Of a DNA stretch of 56,271 nucleotides, positions 17,078 to 28,602 are shown piece by piece. The notes beneath the pieces were generated by a model. The model made no database searches. It had not been told where the DNA came from and saw only the letters and a program-made list of their open reading frames with translations. The stretch spans positions 1 through 56,271 of the forward strand of contig JAUYOL010000023.1 in the NCBI GenBank assembly GCA_030695905.1, read 5' to 3'. Positions within the stretch are counted from its first letter, which is position 1; every line of letters begins with the position of its first letter. Source of the DNA: Candidatus Omnitrophota bacterium (GTDB lineage Bacteria; Omnitrophota; Gorgyraeia; 2-01-FULL-45-10). A program made the position numbers and the translations under genes.

Positions 17078-17872
17078 ATGAAGCGGATATTGTGCCTGGC
17101 GATTTTTTTATTGAGTCTATCTATTTTAGTTTCAAATTCCTGTGCGGGTATCGTCCTCAAAGTCATGGCGGCAAATCCTTCAAAAACAGAAAAACAGACG
17201 GTTACCGTAAAGGCGTATCTTCCAAAAGAAGTTAAGCCTGAAGATGTCGTTGACAAGGGGGACCTTGAAATAGCGTATGATAATCAGCAGGGCTCTTATT
17301 ATGTTTACGGCGAGTACCAGCTCGATCCGGGGCAGACGCTTGACCGGGATGTAGAGATGCACGATATCTGGCAGGTGCCGGCCCAGGAGATAGAGTCGAT
17401 AAGAAGCGAAGCCGACAAGACGTCTAAATTATTGGAGAATACGGATTTTCGCGACAGAATGGCTTTTTTAAAACAGAGCATAGAATCGAAACTAAAAGAG
17501 ATCGAGGACAGGCAGAGAGTTCCCGCCGCGAACCCCGAACGCCATATATCGAATTACAGGGACAATGTTAAGCTTATGGAGTCCGTTAAAGCGGACCTCG
17601 TTGTATTAAGAAGCCTGCTCGCGCAGGCCAAGGGCCTTCCCGCAACCGCTGTGTGGAGGCTCATTCTTATCATAATAATATTTCTGGGCATAATAGGCAC
17701 GGGCTCATACCTTATATGGCAAAGACAGATGAAGTTAGTGGATATCTCTACTCCGTCGGAAAAAAAGAAAGAGGATGAGGCGGAACCGAAAGATAAAAAG
17801 GCGGAAGCCGGTGACGATCAGCTGGAAGCGGCCGAGAATATAGAGAAATTGTTGCGCGGAGACAAAAAGTGA
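17078..17872 (+). CDS. Hypothetical bitopic protein (signal peptide, C-terminal TM helix, acidic/Lys tail)
   Basis: Signal peptide MKRILCLAIFLLSLSILVSNSCAG, C-terminal TM helix VWRLILIIIIFLGIIGTGSYLIW, then the KKKEDEAEPKDKKAE tail. RBS aGGAGAg upstream. No family recognised. Confidence 0.55.
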   Translation: MKRILCLAIFLLSLSILVSNSCAGIVLKVMAANPSKTEKQTVTVKAYLPKEVKPEDVVDKGDLEIAYDNQQGSYYVYGEYQLDPGQTLDRDVEMHDIWQVPAQEIESIRSEADKTSKLLENTDFRDRMAFLKQSIESKLKEIEDRQRVPAANPERHISNYRDNVKLMESVKADLVVLRSLLAQAKGLPATAVWRLILIIIIFLGIIGTGSYLIWQRQMKLVDISTPSEKKKEDEAEPKDKKAEAGDDQLEAAENIEKLLRGDKK

Positions 17873-18684
17873 GACAAATCGTCATTGCAAGGCCCCTTTG
17901 GTCGCTCGTAATGACGATTTTTATTTTATGTGGTTATGCCTGTGCGGAAAGTTTTGAGGGATCATTATGGGAAGTAAAAAAGAGCAACCATTTCGCGGTA
18001 TATTATAAAGATTCGGAATCCAACGATTATGTAAACGAGGTATTAAAATACGCGGAAAAATATTATGAGGATATGACGGAGCAGCTCGGATTCCGCCGAT
18101 TTGAATTCTGGACATGGGAAAAACAATGCAAAATATATATCTATCCGACAGCTAAGGAGTATCATGATTCTACCGGCCAGCCTGAATGGTCGGGAGCGGC
18201 CGCATATATAAAGGAAAGAGCGATAAAGACTTTTGTCCGCAGGGAGGAGTTTCTCGAGACCATATTGCCGCATGAAATGGCCCATCTGATATTCAGGGAA
18301 TTTATAGGATATAAGACGGATATACCTTTGTGGCTTGATGAAGGAATATCATCCCTTCAGGAAGAGAAGAACAGGAAGTCGCACCTTCTTATAGCGAAAG
18401 TTTTGGTTAAATCGCATGTATTCATACCTCTTCCAAAATTGACAAGGATAGTAAAAGAAGGGCTTGTAATGCCCGGTGTATTTTACGCGGAAGCGGCAAG
18501 CGTGATAGAGTTTCTTTTGGAAAAATACGGCAAGGAAAAATTTGTTGATTATTGCCGCGTGTTAAGAGATAATAAGAATTGGGAAGCGGCTCTCAAGACG
18601 GTGTATGGATTCAAAGACCTCTCCGAGATGAATGATGGATGGCTTAAATTCCTATCGGAGAAGAGGATAGATACCAATCAATAG
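17869..18684 (+). CDS. Zinc metallopeptidase, peptidase_MA-like (HExxH)
   Basis: The ILPHEMAHLIFREF...LWLDEGISSLQE motif (HExxH plus a downstream Glu), with an N-terminal hydrophobic signal/anchor. The GTG start overlaps the upstream stop (GTGA). An internal ATG 14 codons downstream is also possible. Confidence 0.65.
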   Translation: MRQIVIARPLWSLVMTIFILCGYACAESFEGSLWEVKKSNHFAVYYKDSESNDYVNEVLKYAEKYYEDMTEQLGFRRFEFWTWEKQCKIYIYPTAKEYHDSTGQPEWSGAAAYIKERAIKTFVRREEFLETILPHEMAHLIFREFIGYKTDIPLWLDEGISSLQEEKNRKSHLLIAKVLVKSHVFIPLPKLTRIVKEGLVMPGVFYAEAASVIEFLLEKYGKEKFVDYCRVLRDNKNWEAALKTVYGFKDLSEMNDGWLKFLSEKRIDTNQ

Positions 18685-18921
18685 ATGAAGGTGTATATAA
18701 ATACGGTTTTTGACGAGATATATTCCCGCGAAGCCAAAGAAGTTGTGCTGCCCGGCGACGAGGGCGAGCTTTCAATAATGGATTTTCACCAGCCAATAAT
18801 ATGCCGCCTTGTAAAAGGCAGCATAAAAGTATTTTCTCCCCAAAAAAAAGATATAATTCACATAGTAGACGGTGTAGCGCACATGGAAGGCAATGTCCTT
18901 AAAATAATGGCGGAGGTCTAA
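18685..18921 (+). CDS. atpC: F-type ATPase epsilon subunit, beta-sandwich domain only (78 aa)
   Basis: EVVLPGDEGELSIMDFHQPIICRLVKGSIKV...IVDGVAHMEGNVLKIMAEV aligns with the epsilon N-terminal domain (GSEGELGIxPGHAPL...). The C-terminal helical hairpin is absent. The start abuts the peptidase stop. Confidence 0.7.
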   Translation: MKVYINTVFDEIYSREAKEVVLPGDEGELSIMDFHQPIICRLVKGSIKVFSPQKKDIIHIVDGVAHMEGNVLKIMAEV

Positions 18922-18925
18922 CGGG

Positions 18926-19138
18926 ATGCTGCGCAATCTTACTATTATAATAATAATGTTCTTGAGCACCTTCGGGCCGGCGCTCGTCATAGGGCTCGTC
19001 GGCGCGGCCGCGGTTAAGGCGGTAGGTAGGAATCCATCGGCCTCGGCGCGTATATTATCCGCGATGATAATAGCGTTTCTCTTCGCTGAAGCCATAGCGG
19101 TGCTCGCGATACTTATGGTCTTCAATATATTTAAATAG
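18926..19138 (+). CDS. atpE: F-type ATPase subunit c
   Basis: 70-aa helical hairpin with the conserved polar loop GRNP and the helix-2 carboxylate in FLFAEAIAVLA. Helix 1 is Ala/Gly-rich (GLVGAAAVKAVG). Confidence 0.75.
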   Translation: MLRNLTIIIIMFLSTFGPALVIGLVGAAAVKAVGRNPSASARILSAMIIAFLFAEAIAVLAILMVFNIFK

Positions 19139-19152
19139 AAAGGCATATATAA

Positions 19153-19872
19153 ATGCTTTTACAGCTGGTAGCGTTACAAGTTATCACTTTTATCGCGATA
19201 GCCGTTCTTTTAAAGATATTATTTTCCCGCCATCTAAATTCCGCGCTCAAAAGGCTCAAAACACTTCAGGACGAGGCAATGCTGCGTGAAAACCAATTAA
19301 AAGAAGAACTCGACGGCGCCAAAAAAGACAGGCTTGAAGAGATAGAGAAAGGGAAAAAAGAAGCCAAAGCTCTTATAGACCAGGCGAAGAAGGAAGTTGA
19401 GGCAATCAGGACTGGGGCCGAGGATGACGCGAGGCAACAGGGTAAAAATATCTTCGCGCACGGTCAGGAAGAGCTTGAGAAGATAAAGGCAAAGATGGAG
19501 TCGGATATGGAGGGTAGATCATTGCAGCTGGCGGTAGATCTTATCTCTTACACCTTCAGCCATAAGGGCAAGGAAGATCTTCAGCGGCAATTCATAGCCG
19601 AGCTCATAGACGAGATAGCCGATCTGGAGAAGAACAAATTTTCTGTAAAGACAAACAAGGCGCATATATTAACGAGTTTTCCATTGACCGATAAAGAGAA
19701 GGAGAAGCTCAAGAAGGTCCTGTCCGAAAAGATGGGTTTAGCCGTTACAATAACAGAAAAGATAACACCGGAATTGATAACAGGTTTAATTATACAGCTC
19801 GATGCTTTGGAGATAGACGGCAGTTTGAAGAACAGGCTGCGCAAGGCGCTGCCGCTTTTAAAAAAGCAATAA
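19153..19872 (+). CDS. atpF: F-type ATPase subunit b fused to a delta (OSCP)-like C-terminal domain
   Basis: N-terminal TM helix plus a long charged helix typical of subunit b. The C-terminal ~90 aa (LTSFPLTDKEKEKLKKVLSEKMGLAVTITEKITPELITGLIIQLDALEIDGSLKNRL) resemble the delta C-terminal domain. No separate atpH is present. Confidence 0.6.
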   Translation: MLLQLVALQVITFIAIAVLLKILFSRHLNSALKRLKTLQDEAMLRENQLKEELDGAKKDRLEEIEKGKKEAKALIDQAKKEVEAIRTGAEDDARQQGKNIFAHGQEELEKIKAKMESDMEGRSLQLAVDLISYTFSHKGKEDLQRQFIAELIDEIADLEKNKFSVKTNKAHILTSFPLTDKEKEKLKKVLSEKMGLAVTITEKITPELITGLIIQLDALEIDGSLKNRLRKALPLLKKQ

Positions 19873-19874
19873 GC

Positions 19875-19894
19875 CTACACCGGGGGCGGTGTAG
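19875..19894 (+). repeat. Intercistronic GC-rich hairpin (copy 1 of a TACACCGGG...CGGTGTAGA motif)
   Basis: CTACACCG-GGGG-CGGTGTAG: 8-bp stem, 3 nt after the atpF stop and 13 nt before the atpA ATG. A near-identical hairpin lies at 43105-43121. Confidence 0.8.
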
Positions 19895-19906
19895 ATAAGG
19901 TTAAAT

Positions 19907-21400
19907 ATGCAAAAGAGTACAGTTATTTCGAGCCTCGATATACGCGAGGTAGGCGCTGTAAAAGAAGTAAAACAGGGCATAGTAAAAGTATCGGGACTTC
20001 CTTCCTGCATATTTGGCCAGCTGGTCGATTTTGGCCACGGCCAAAAGGGTATGGTGATGGGGTTCAATCAGTACGAAGTCCTTGTCATCGTGCTCGGCGA
20101 CGATTCCAGTATTAATACAGGTGATACCGTAACGAGCCGTTCTGAGTTATTGACGGTTCCCGTCGGGCCGGGGTTTGTCGGGCGTGTCGTGGACTGTCTT
20201 GCCAGGCCTATAGATGCCAGAGGCGACATAAAGGCGGCCGATAATTATCCGGTCTTCCGCGAGGCGCTCGGAGTTATGGAGCGCGAGCCGGTGACAGCGC
20301 CGCTAGAGACGGGAACAAAGATACTTGATATGGTGATCCCGATAGGCAAGGGCCAGAGAGAACTTGTAATCGGCGACCGGCAGACGGGGAAGACATCTAT
20401 CGCGCTCGACGCTATCCTGAATCAAAAAGGCAAAAATGTTATCTGCATATACTGCTATATAGGCGGCAGCCAGTCCGCGCTTAAAAAAACGATGAGCCTT
20501 TTAAATGAAAAAGCCGCGTCGCCATACACAATTGTTTTATGCGCTACCGCATCGAGTACGCCTGCCGAACAATACCTTGCGCCATATGTAGCCGCGTGTC
20601 TGGGCGAATATTTCATGTTCAATGGCCAGGATGTCCTGCTCATCTTCGATGATCTTACAAAACACGCGTGGGCATACAGGCAATTATCGCTTTTGTTGGA
20701 ACGGCCGCCGGGCAGAGAAGCTTACCCGGGCGATATATTTTATATCCATTCGCAGTTGATGGAACGCGCCGGTAAATTAAAGGCAGGCCTTGGCGGCGGA
20801 ACGATGACATTTTTACCTATAGCATCCACGCTGCAGGGCGATATCACAGGTTATATACAGTCGAACCTGGTTTCAATGACCGACGGGCAGATATATTTAA
20901 GTTCCGCCTTATTCTATGAAGGGTTTAAGCCGGCGATAGATCTTGGCTTGTCCGTTTCGCGTATAGGAAGCAAAGTTCAGTCTCCCGCTATACGTAATGT
21001 AAGCGGAGGCTTAAGGCTCCAATATGCGCAGTACCGAGAACTCCAGAGACTTACAAGGCTAAGGACGAAATTGTCCAAAGAGGCCATGGATCAGATAAGG
21101 CGGGGCGAGACCTTAAGAGAGCTTCTTATACAGGAGAACGGCAAGCCCGTGAGCATGGCCGAAGAGATAGTGATATTCTACGCGTTCAAAAAACGCATTC
21201 TGGAAATCCTGAAGCCGGATGTGCTGAAAAATTTTAAAAGAGAATTCTTCAAGTATCTTTGCAACGTAGAACCGATGCTGGTCGACAAAATAGAAAAAGA
21301 GCAGACGCTTACCGACGATATAACGACGTCGCTGGACCGTAATATAGTGAACTATTTCCAGGATACGAACCATTTGACAAAAGCTCATGGTTCGTCCTGA
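19907..21400 (+). CDS. atpA: F-type ATPase alpha subunit
   Basis: Walker A GDRQTGKTS, then LAPYVAACLGEYF, DDLTKHAWAYRQLSLLLERPPGREAYPGDIFYIHSQLMERA and ITDGQIYL-like SMTDGQIYLSS. Confidence 0.9.
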   Translation: MQKSTVISSLDIREVGAVKEVKQGIVKVSGLPSCIFGQLVDFGHGQKGMVMGFNQYEVLVIVLGDDSSINTGDTVTSRSELLTVPVGPGFVGRVVDCLARPIDARGDIKAADNYPVFREALGVMEREPVTAPLETGTKILDMVIPIGKGQRELVIGDRQTGKTSIALDAILNQKGKNVICIYCYIGGSQSALKKTMSLLNEKAASPYTIVLCATASSTPAEQYLAPYVAACLGEYFMFNGQDVLLIFDDLTKHAWAYRQLSLLLERPPGREAYPGDIFYIHSQLMERAGKLKAGLGGGTMTFLPIASTLQGDITGYIQSNLVSMTDGQIYLSSALFYEGFKPAIDLGLSVSRIGSKVQSPAIRNVSGGLRLQYAQYRELQRLTRLRTKLSKEAMDQIRRGETLRELLIQENGKPVSMAEEIVIFYAFKKRILEILKPDVLKNFKREFFKYLCNVEPMLVDKIEKEQTLTDDITTSLDRNIVNYFQDTNHLTKAHGSS

Positions 21401-21427
21401 GCGAAGTCGAAGGACCAAGAAAGGCGC

Positions 21428-23688
<2,261 letters not shown>

Positions 23689-25359
23689 ATGAAGATAGGC
23701 GATATACTTGTTCAGAAAGGTTTAATAACGCAGGCCGAGCTTGATAAGGCGCTTAAGGCCAGCCAGAAGTCCGGGGATATATTAGGCAAGACCCTGGTGC
23801 GTCTTGGCCTGATAACCGAAGAGAAGCTGCTCGAAATATTAGCCGAACAGCTCTGCCTCCCGTATTATCCCAACCTTAAAGATATTTCCATATCCCCCGA
23901 CCTGATTCAGCGGGTGCCGGCCAAATTTGTCCTTCACTATAAATTTATGCCGCTGATGATAAAGGGAAATCAGCTTACTATAGCGGTATCCGATCCTCTG
24001 GCGGTATGGCTGATAGAGGATCTAAAGCTTCATCTCGGGTATGATGTCGAAAGAGTTCTCGCGCCGGAAGAAGAGATTATGAATTCTATAAGACTGTACT
24101 ACGGGATCGGCGCGGAGACGGTCGAAGAGATAATGACTCAGGACACGGTAACAGTTGAGGAAAAGAAGGCGTCCAGGGAAGAGGTGGAGGATCTTGAGAG
24201 GACCGCCCAGGACGCATCCGTCATAAAACTTGTTAATCAGATATTATCCGAAGCTGTCGGGGCGAGGGCAACCGACATACATATAGAAGCGTACCGCGAC
24301 AGGATCCGCGTGAGGCAGCGTATAGACGGCATCCTGTATGATATGCGAGTGCCGGAACAGATAAAATATCTTCACGCGGCGATAGTTTCGCGCATAAAGA
24401 TATTGTCAAACCTGAATGTGGTCGAGCGCCGCCTGCCGCAGGATGGCCGCGCGATAATAAAGGTCCGCGATAAACAGGTCGACTTGAGAATTTCGATAAT
24501 ACCGTCGCTTTACGGGGAAAATGTAGTAATAAGGATACTTCCGGTGCACCTATTGTTTAATTTAGACGATCTTGGCCTGTTCCCCGAAGAGAGAAAGGCT
24601 ATAGAAGCGCTGATGGAGAAGCCGCACGGCATAATACTATTGACCGGCCCTACCGGCAGTGGAAAAACTACAACTCTTTATACATGCCTTACAAAATTAA
24701 ATACCGACGAGGTTAAGATAATAACTATAGAGGATCCTGTAGAATACGAGCTTCCCGGCGTTACGCAGATACAGGTCAGGCCGGAGATAGGGCTGACATT
24801 CGCGAACGCTCTTCGCAGCATATTAAGGCATGACCCTGATGTAATGATGGTAGGAGAAATAAGAGACCTTGAAACGGCCGAACTTGCCATCAGGACAGCC
24901 CTTACGGGACATCTGATATTTTCCACTCTGCATACAAATGATTCCGCCAGCGGCGCGACAAGACTTATGGATATAGGTATAGAGCCGTACCTGGTAGCGT
25001 CGAGCGTGAACGCGTTTATATCGCAAAGGCTCGTCAGGGTGATATGCCCGGACTGCAAGGAAGAGATGAAGAATAAAGAAACGCTGCCTTCTTTCCTTAA
25101 AAATGTAAAAGTTTATCATGGCAAAGGGTGTGAGTCATGTAAATTTATAGGTTATAAAGGCCGTACCGCGATATATGAAATATTACTCGTTACCGAAGAG
25201 ATTCAGGATCTTATACTACAGCGCGCGTCGTCCGCCCAGATAGCGAAAAAGGCGAAGGATCTGGGTTTTAAGACACTGCGCGATTCCGGCATAGTGAAGA
25301 TAAAGATGGGTGTTACCACGCCGGAAGAGGTTTTGCGCGCCACGGAATTGGAAGATTAA
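23689..25359 (+). CDS. gspE: GspE/PilB/MshE-family secretion/pilus assembly ATPase with an MshEN-like N-terminal domain
   Basis: N-terminus KIGDILVQKGLITQAELDKAL...ILGKTLVRLGLITEEKLLEILAEQ, Walker A GPTGSGKTTT, and the tetracysteine CPDC...CESC. The ATG directly follows the atpD stop codon (23686-23688). Confidence 0.9.
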   Translation: MKIGDILVQKGLITQAELDKALKASQKSGDILGKTLVRLGLITEEKLLEILAEQLCLPYYPNLKDISISPDLIQRVPAKFVLHYKFMPLMIKGNQLTIAVSDPLAVWLIEDLKLHLGYDVERVLAPEEEIMNSIRLYYGIGAETVEEIMTQDTVTVEEKKASREEVEDLERTAQDASVIKLVNQILSEAVGARATDIHIEAYRDRIRVRQRIDGILYDMRVPEQIKYLHAAIVSRIKILSNLNVVERRLPQDGRAIIKVRDKQVDLRISIIPSLYGENVVIRILPVHLLFNLDDLGLFPEERKAIEALMEKPHGIILLTGPTGSGKTTTLYTCLTKLNTDEVKIITIEDPVEYELPGVTQIQVRPEIGLTFANALRSILRHDPDVMMVGEIRDLETAELAIRTALTGHLIFSTLHTNDSASGATRLMDIGIEPYLVASSVNAFISQRLVRVICPDCKEEMKNKETLPSFLKNVKVYHGKGCESCKFIGYKGRTAIYEILLVTEEIQDLILQRASSAQIAKKAKDLGFKTLRDSGIVKIKMGVTTPEEVLRATELED

Positions 25360-25365
25360 TATTAA

Positions 25366-26592
25366 ATGCCGAAATTTTTGTATAAAGCAAAACACGGCCT
25401 TGACGAGACGTTCGAAGGTGAGATAGAAGCGTCAAATCAGGACGAAGCCCTCAAGAGGCTCATGGCCAGGGGACTCTTCCCCGTAAGCATAACGGAATCC
25501 GCCCCTAAAGAAAAAAAGCAGACAAAAAAATTTCAATTAAAACTGGGCGGCAGTAGAATAGGCGCCGGCGAGATATTGGTCTTTACCAGAAAGCTCGCTA
25601 CCCTTACAAGGGCAAAGGTAGAGTTGTTACCAAGCCTTAAGATCCTGTATGAACAGACCGAAAACGAAAAATTTAAATCCATAATACTGGAACTCTATAA
25701 TGGCACAAAGGAAGGCACTCATTTTTCCGAAAGCCTTGCCCGCTATCCCGAAATTTTCCCGTCCCTGTATATAAATATAATCAGGGCCGGCGAGGCAAGC
25801 GGTCATCTTGATGCGGGCCTCGATCAGATAAGCGAATTTATGAGCCGCGAAGAGAGCTTGAAGTCAAAAGTGCTTACGGCCCTCGCGTATCCGGCGCTTC
25901 TGCTTATAGTGGGCCTTACCAGTATATTTGTGCTAATAAATTTTGTTATTCCCAAACTTAAACCTATATTTGAAAATGTCGGCGCGAAAGAACTTCCGGC
26001 GATAACAAAGATAATACTTAATATAAGCGTTATATCCAATAAGATATGGTGGGTGGTGCTTTTAGCGATCGCCGCCACAGTGATATTTATATATTATCAG
26101 AAGGGCGCGCCTTATTTTAAGAACATAACAAGAAAGATAAAGTCGCACCTTCCCGTTATAAAAAATCTAAGCAAGAATCAGGAGCTGGCGCATCTGTCGC
26201 GTTCTCTGGGACTTTTGTTGAAAAGCGGCGTGCCCGCGTTAAGGTCGTTGGAAATAATAACTCCCGGTATAGAGAATGATGCCTTAAAAGAAGAGATAAG
26301 ATCGGTTTGCCGCGATGTCGCTTCGGGACAATCGATAGCGCAAAGCATGGGGGCCTCTACGAACTTGCCGTCGTTTTTTGTAAAGATGATAGCCGTAGGC
26401 GAGGAATCCGGCAGGCTTTCGGAAGTATTAGATGAATTGTCGAGGTCATATACACAGCAGATAGAAGCCGATATAGCCATAATCTCCTCTCTTATAGAGC
26501 CCGTTTTAATATTAGCCCTTGGAATTATTTTAGGCACTATAGTGCTTTCTATACTTTTGCCCACGTTCCAGGTAACCCAGATAGTGCATTAA
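25366..26592 (+). CDS. gspF: GspF/PilC-family inner-membrane platform protein
   Basis: Two T2SSF-type repeats (FTRKLATLTRAKVELLPSL...; LAHLSRSLGLLLKSGVPALRSLEI) and three TM segments. Confidence 0.88.
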   Translation: MPKFLYKAKHGLDETFEGEIEASNQDEALKRLMARGLFPVSITESAPKEKKQTKKFQLKLGGSRIGAGEILVFTRKLATLTRAKVELLPSLKILYEQTENEKFKSIILELYNGTKEGTHFSESLARYPEIFPSLYINIIRAGEASGHLDAGLDQISEFMSREESLKSKVLTALAYPALLLIVGLTSIFVLINFVIPKLKPIFENVGAKELPAITKIILNISVISNKIWWVVLLAIAATVIFIYYQKGAPYFKNITRKIKSHLPVIKNLSKNQELAHLSRSLGLLLKSGVPALRSLEIITPGIENDALKEEIRSVCRDVASGQSIAQSMGASTNLPSFFVKMIAVGEESGRLSEVLDELSRSYTQQIEADIAIISSLIEPVLILALGIILGTIVLSILLPTFQVTQIVH

Positions 26593-26594
26593 TT

Positions 26595-28025
26595 ATGAGA
26601 ACCCCCACAGCGCTTGAGATAGGCGACAGATATATTAAACTTGTGATAGCCAGGACGGCCGAGCGGGAAGTCCCCCTGGACTGTTTTGTGAAATCGTCGC
26701 AGGGCCTCAAGGATGAAGAGATCACCAAGATTATCAAGGAGATGTTGAGCAAAGCGGGCCGTAAGATAAATTCGGTCGTTGTTAATCTGCCCAGAAACCT
26801 TGTTACCATGAGAAACCTGCACCTGCCTAGCCAGGACCCTGATGAGATCTCCCAGATGATAGACCTGCATGTGGGAAGGATAGTGCCCTATAAAAAGGAG
26901 GAGATAGTATTTGACCATCTGTCTCTCCGGACGGACTCTTTAGGCTATACCGCGCAGATGCTCGCGATAGTCCATAAGGATGTATTGAAGAGGTACCAGA
27001 GGATATTGGACGCGGCGGGTATAGAGATGGAGAACGTCTTTTTAAGTTCTTACGGTGTATGGCAGTGGGCTTCCAATAAGTTTAAATCCCAAATAAGCGC
27101 GAATGATCTGTACCTTCTTCTCGATATAGATTCCGCTTATACGGATTTTATAATTTTTGACAGGGAAAACATACTTTTTAGCCGAACGCTTGCGTTTGAA
27201 GTAAAGGATGTCATTGCCAACAGCGAATTGAACAAATTTATAGGCGAGATAAAGCAGTCTCTCTTGATATTCCATAAGAACGAATCCATAAATAAAAAAC
27301 CCTCCGCTATATTTATTTCGGGCATCTCGGAAGGAAATATAGCAGACGCCATAAAGAAAGAATTCGATGTCTCGGTGAGCGCTATTCCGAATCCTATATC
27401 GGACTCAGGAAAGTTAAAAAGGCTTGAAATACCGCCGGATCTTTCGCTTACGGCTGTCGCGAATTTTGCCGTTGAGGATAAGGGTAAGCGGCTCTCCTTT
27501 GCCCTGCCTGAAATGATAGTTAAAAAGTCGCTTAAAGAGAAGACGAAAGACCTTACCATGCTGGGCATTACGTTATTCTATATATTTACGATAATAATGG
27601 CTTTTATCTGGGCAGGCCAGTATAACCGTCAGTTCTATCTTAAGCGGCTGGTCCAGCGGAATAAGCTTATAGAGCTTGATATAGGCAACCTCGTGGACCA
27701 GTACAAGAAGATAGGTTTTGTGAAAAATTTTATATACCAACGCAATATTCCCCTCTTACTGCTTAATGAAATAGAGAAGTTGGTGCCCTCGGAAATAATA
27801 ATAAATTATATCTCTATAGAGCAGGGTAATTCCATTACGCTTAGAGGTCAGGGCGTTAAGCTTTCCGATGTATTTAAATTTGTGACCACGCTTGAAAACT
27901 CAAAATATTTTCAGGATGTAGCCACCAAATATACCAGGACCAAAAAAGTCAAGGACCGCGAACTGACAGATTTTGAAATAACCTTTATCGTTTCGCTTTC
28001 GAAGAAACAGACGGCGGTGGGATGA
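26595..28025 (+). CDS. PilM-PilN fusion (GspL-like) assembly protein
   Basis: An N-terminal actin-like PilM fold (LEIGDRYIKLVIA...), a TM helix (MLGITLFYIFTIIMAFIWAG), then a PilN-like periplasmic domain (LLNEIEKLVPSEIIINYISIEQGNSITLRGQG). Confidence 0.7.
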   Translation: MRTPTALEIGDRYIKLVIARTAEREVPLDCFVKSSQGLKDEEITKIIKEMLSKAGRKINSVVVNLPRNLVTMRNLHLPSQDPDEISQMIDLHVGRIVPYKKEEIVFDHLSLRTDSLGYTAQMLAIVHKDVLKRYQRILDAAGIEMENVFLSSYGVWQWASNKFKSQISANDLYLLLDIDSAYTDFIIFDRENILFSRTLAFEVKDVIANSELNKFIGEIKQSLLIFHKNESINKKPSAIFISGISEGNIADAIKKEFDVSVSAIPNPISDSGKLKRLEIPPDLSLTAVANFAVEDKGKRLSFALPEMIVKKSLKEKTKDLTMLGITLFYIFTIIMAFIWAGQYNRQFYLKRLVQRNKLIELDIGNLVDQYKKIGFVKNFIYQRNIPLLLLNEIEKLVPSEIIINYISIEQGNSITLRGQGVKLSDVFKFVTTLENSKYFQDVATKYTRTKKVKDRELTDFEITFIVSLSKKQTAVG

Positions 28026-28555
28026 AGATAGGTAAAAGAGAAAAGACGCTTATATATGTTATAGGGGCCCTTATCTTCTTCTTTTTGATAGAGCGCTTCC
28101 TGTTTTCAGGGTTACGCGGTAAGGCCAATTCAACAGTTCAACAGATAAAAATTGAGGAGGCGAGGCTGAAATCCGGGCTCGATATCCAGAAAAGAAAAGA
28201 CAAGATAGCGGCTGAATGCAAGGAGATGAAGCCCTATATCGAGAAGGTCGCGGGCATATCGGAGCAGGAGATATTCGCTAAATTCTTAAAAGAAGTGGAA
28301 AAGACCGCTCAAGACGCGGGTGTGTCCACAATTAATCTTTCACCGCACAGCGAGGTAGAGGACACAAGCGATTATAAAAAATATGATGCCGAGTTTCGCG
28401 CCGAAGGGAGCCTATCCCAAATATTCAACTTTATTAACAAGATCCAGAATAACACCCTCCTTATAAAACTCGATAAGATGAGTATGTCCTCCAAGGATGA
28501 GCAGGCTCTTCTTATAAAGATAGAGGCCATTATAAGCCTGGTTGTCCCCAAATGA
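28022..28555 (+). CDS. PilO/GspM-like assembly protein
   Basis: 177 aa with an N-terminal TM helix (LIYVIGALIFFFLIERFLF), a coiled coil, then a ferredoxin-like C-terminal part. Its position after PilM-N fits, and it has an ATGA overlap. Confidence 0.6.
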   Translation: MKIGKREKTLIYVIGALIFFFLIERFLFSGLRGKANSTVQQIKIEEARLKSGLDIQKRKDKIAAECKEMKPYIEKVAGISEQEIFAKFLKEVEKTAQDAGVSTINLSPHSEVEDTSDYKKYDAEFRAEGSLSQIFNFINKIQNNTLLIKLDKMSMSSKDEQALLIKIEAIISLVVPK

Positions 28556-28556
28556 A

Positions 28557-28602
28557 CCCCGCACATTCTTCAATGTGCGGGCTAGTAGGAGAATGTGCGG
28601 GG
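28557..28602 (+). promoter_or_regulatory. Hairpin with a duplicated 3' arm spanning the pseudopilin RBS/start (possible translational coupling switch)
   Basis: CCCCGCACATT (28557-28567) can pair with AATGTGCGGG (28572-28581; 10 bp, 4-nt loop) or with AATGTGCGGGG (28592-28602; 11 bp). The second pairing encloses the SD AGGAG (28587-28591) and covers the candidate starts ATG 28593 and GTG 28602. Confidence 0.5.
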
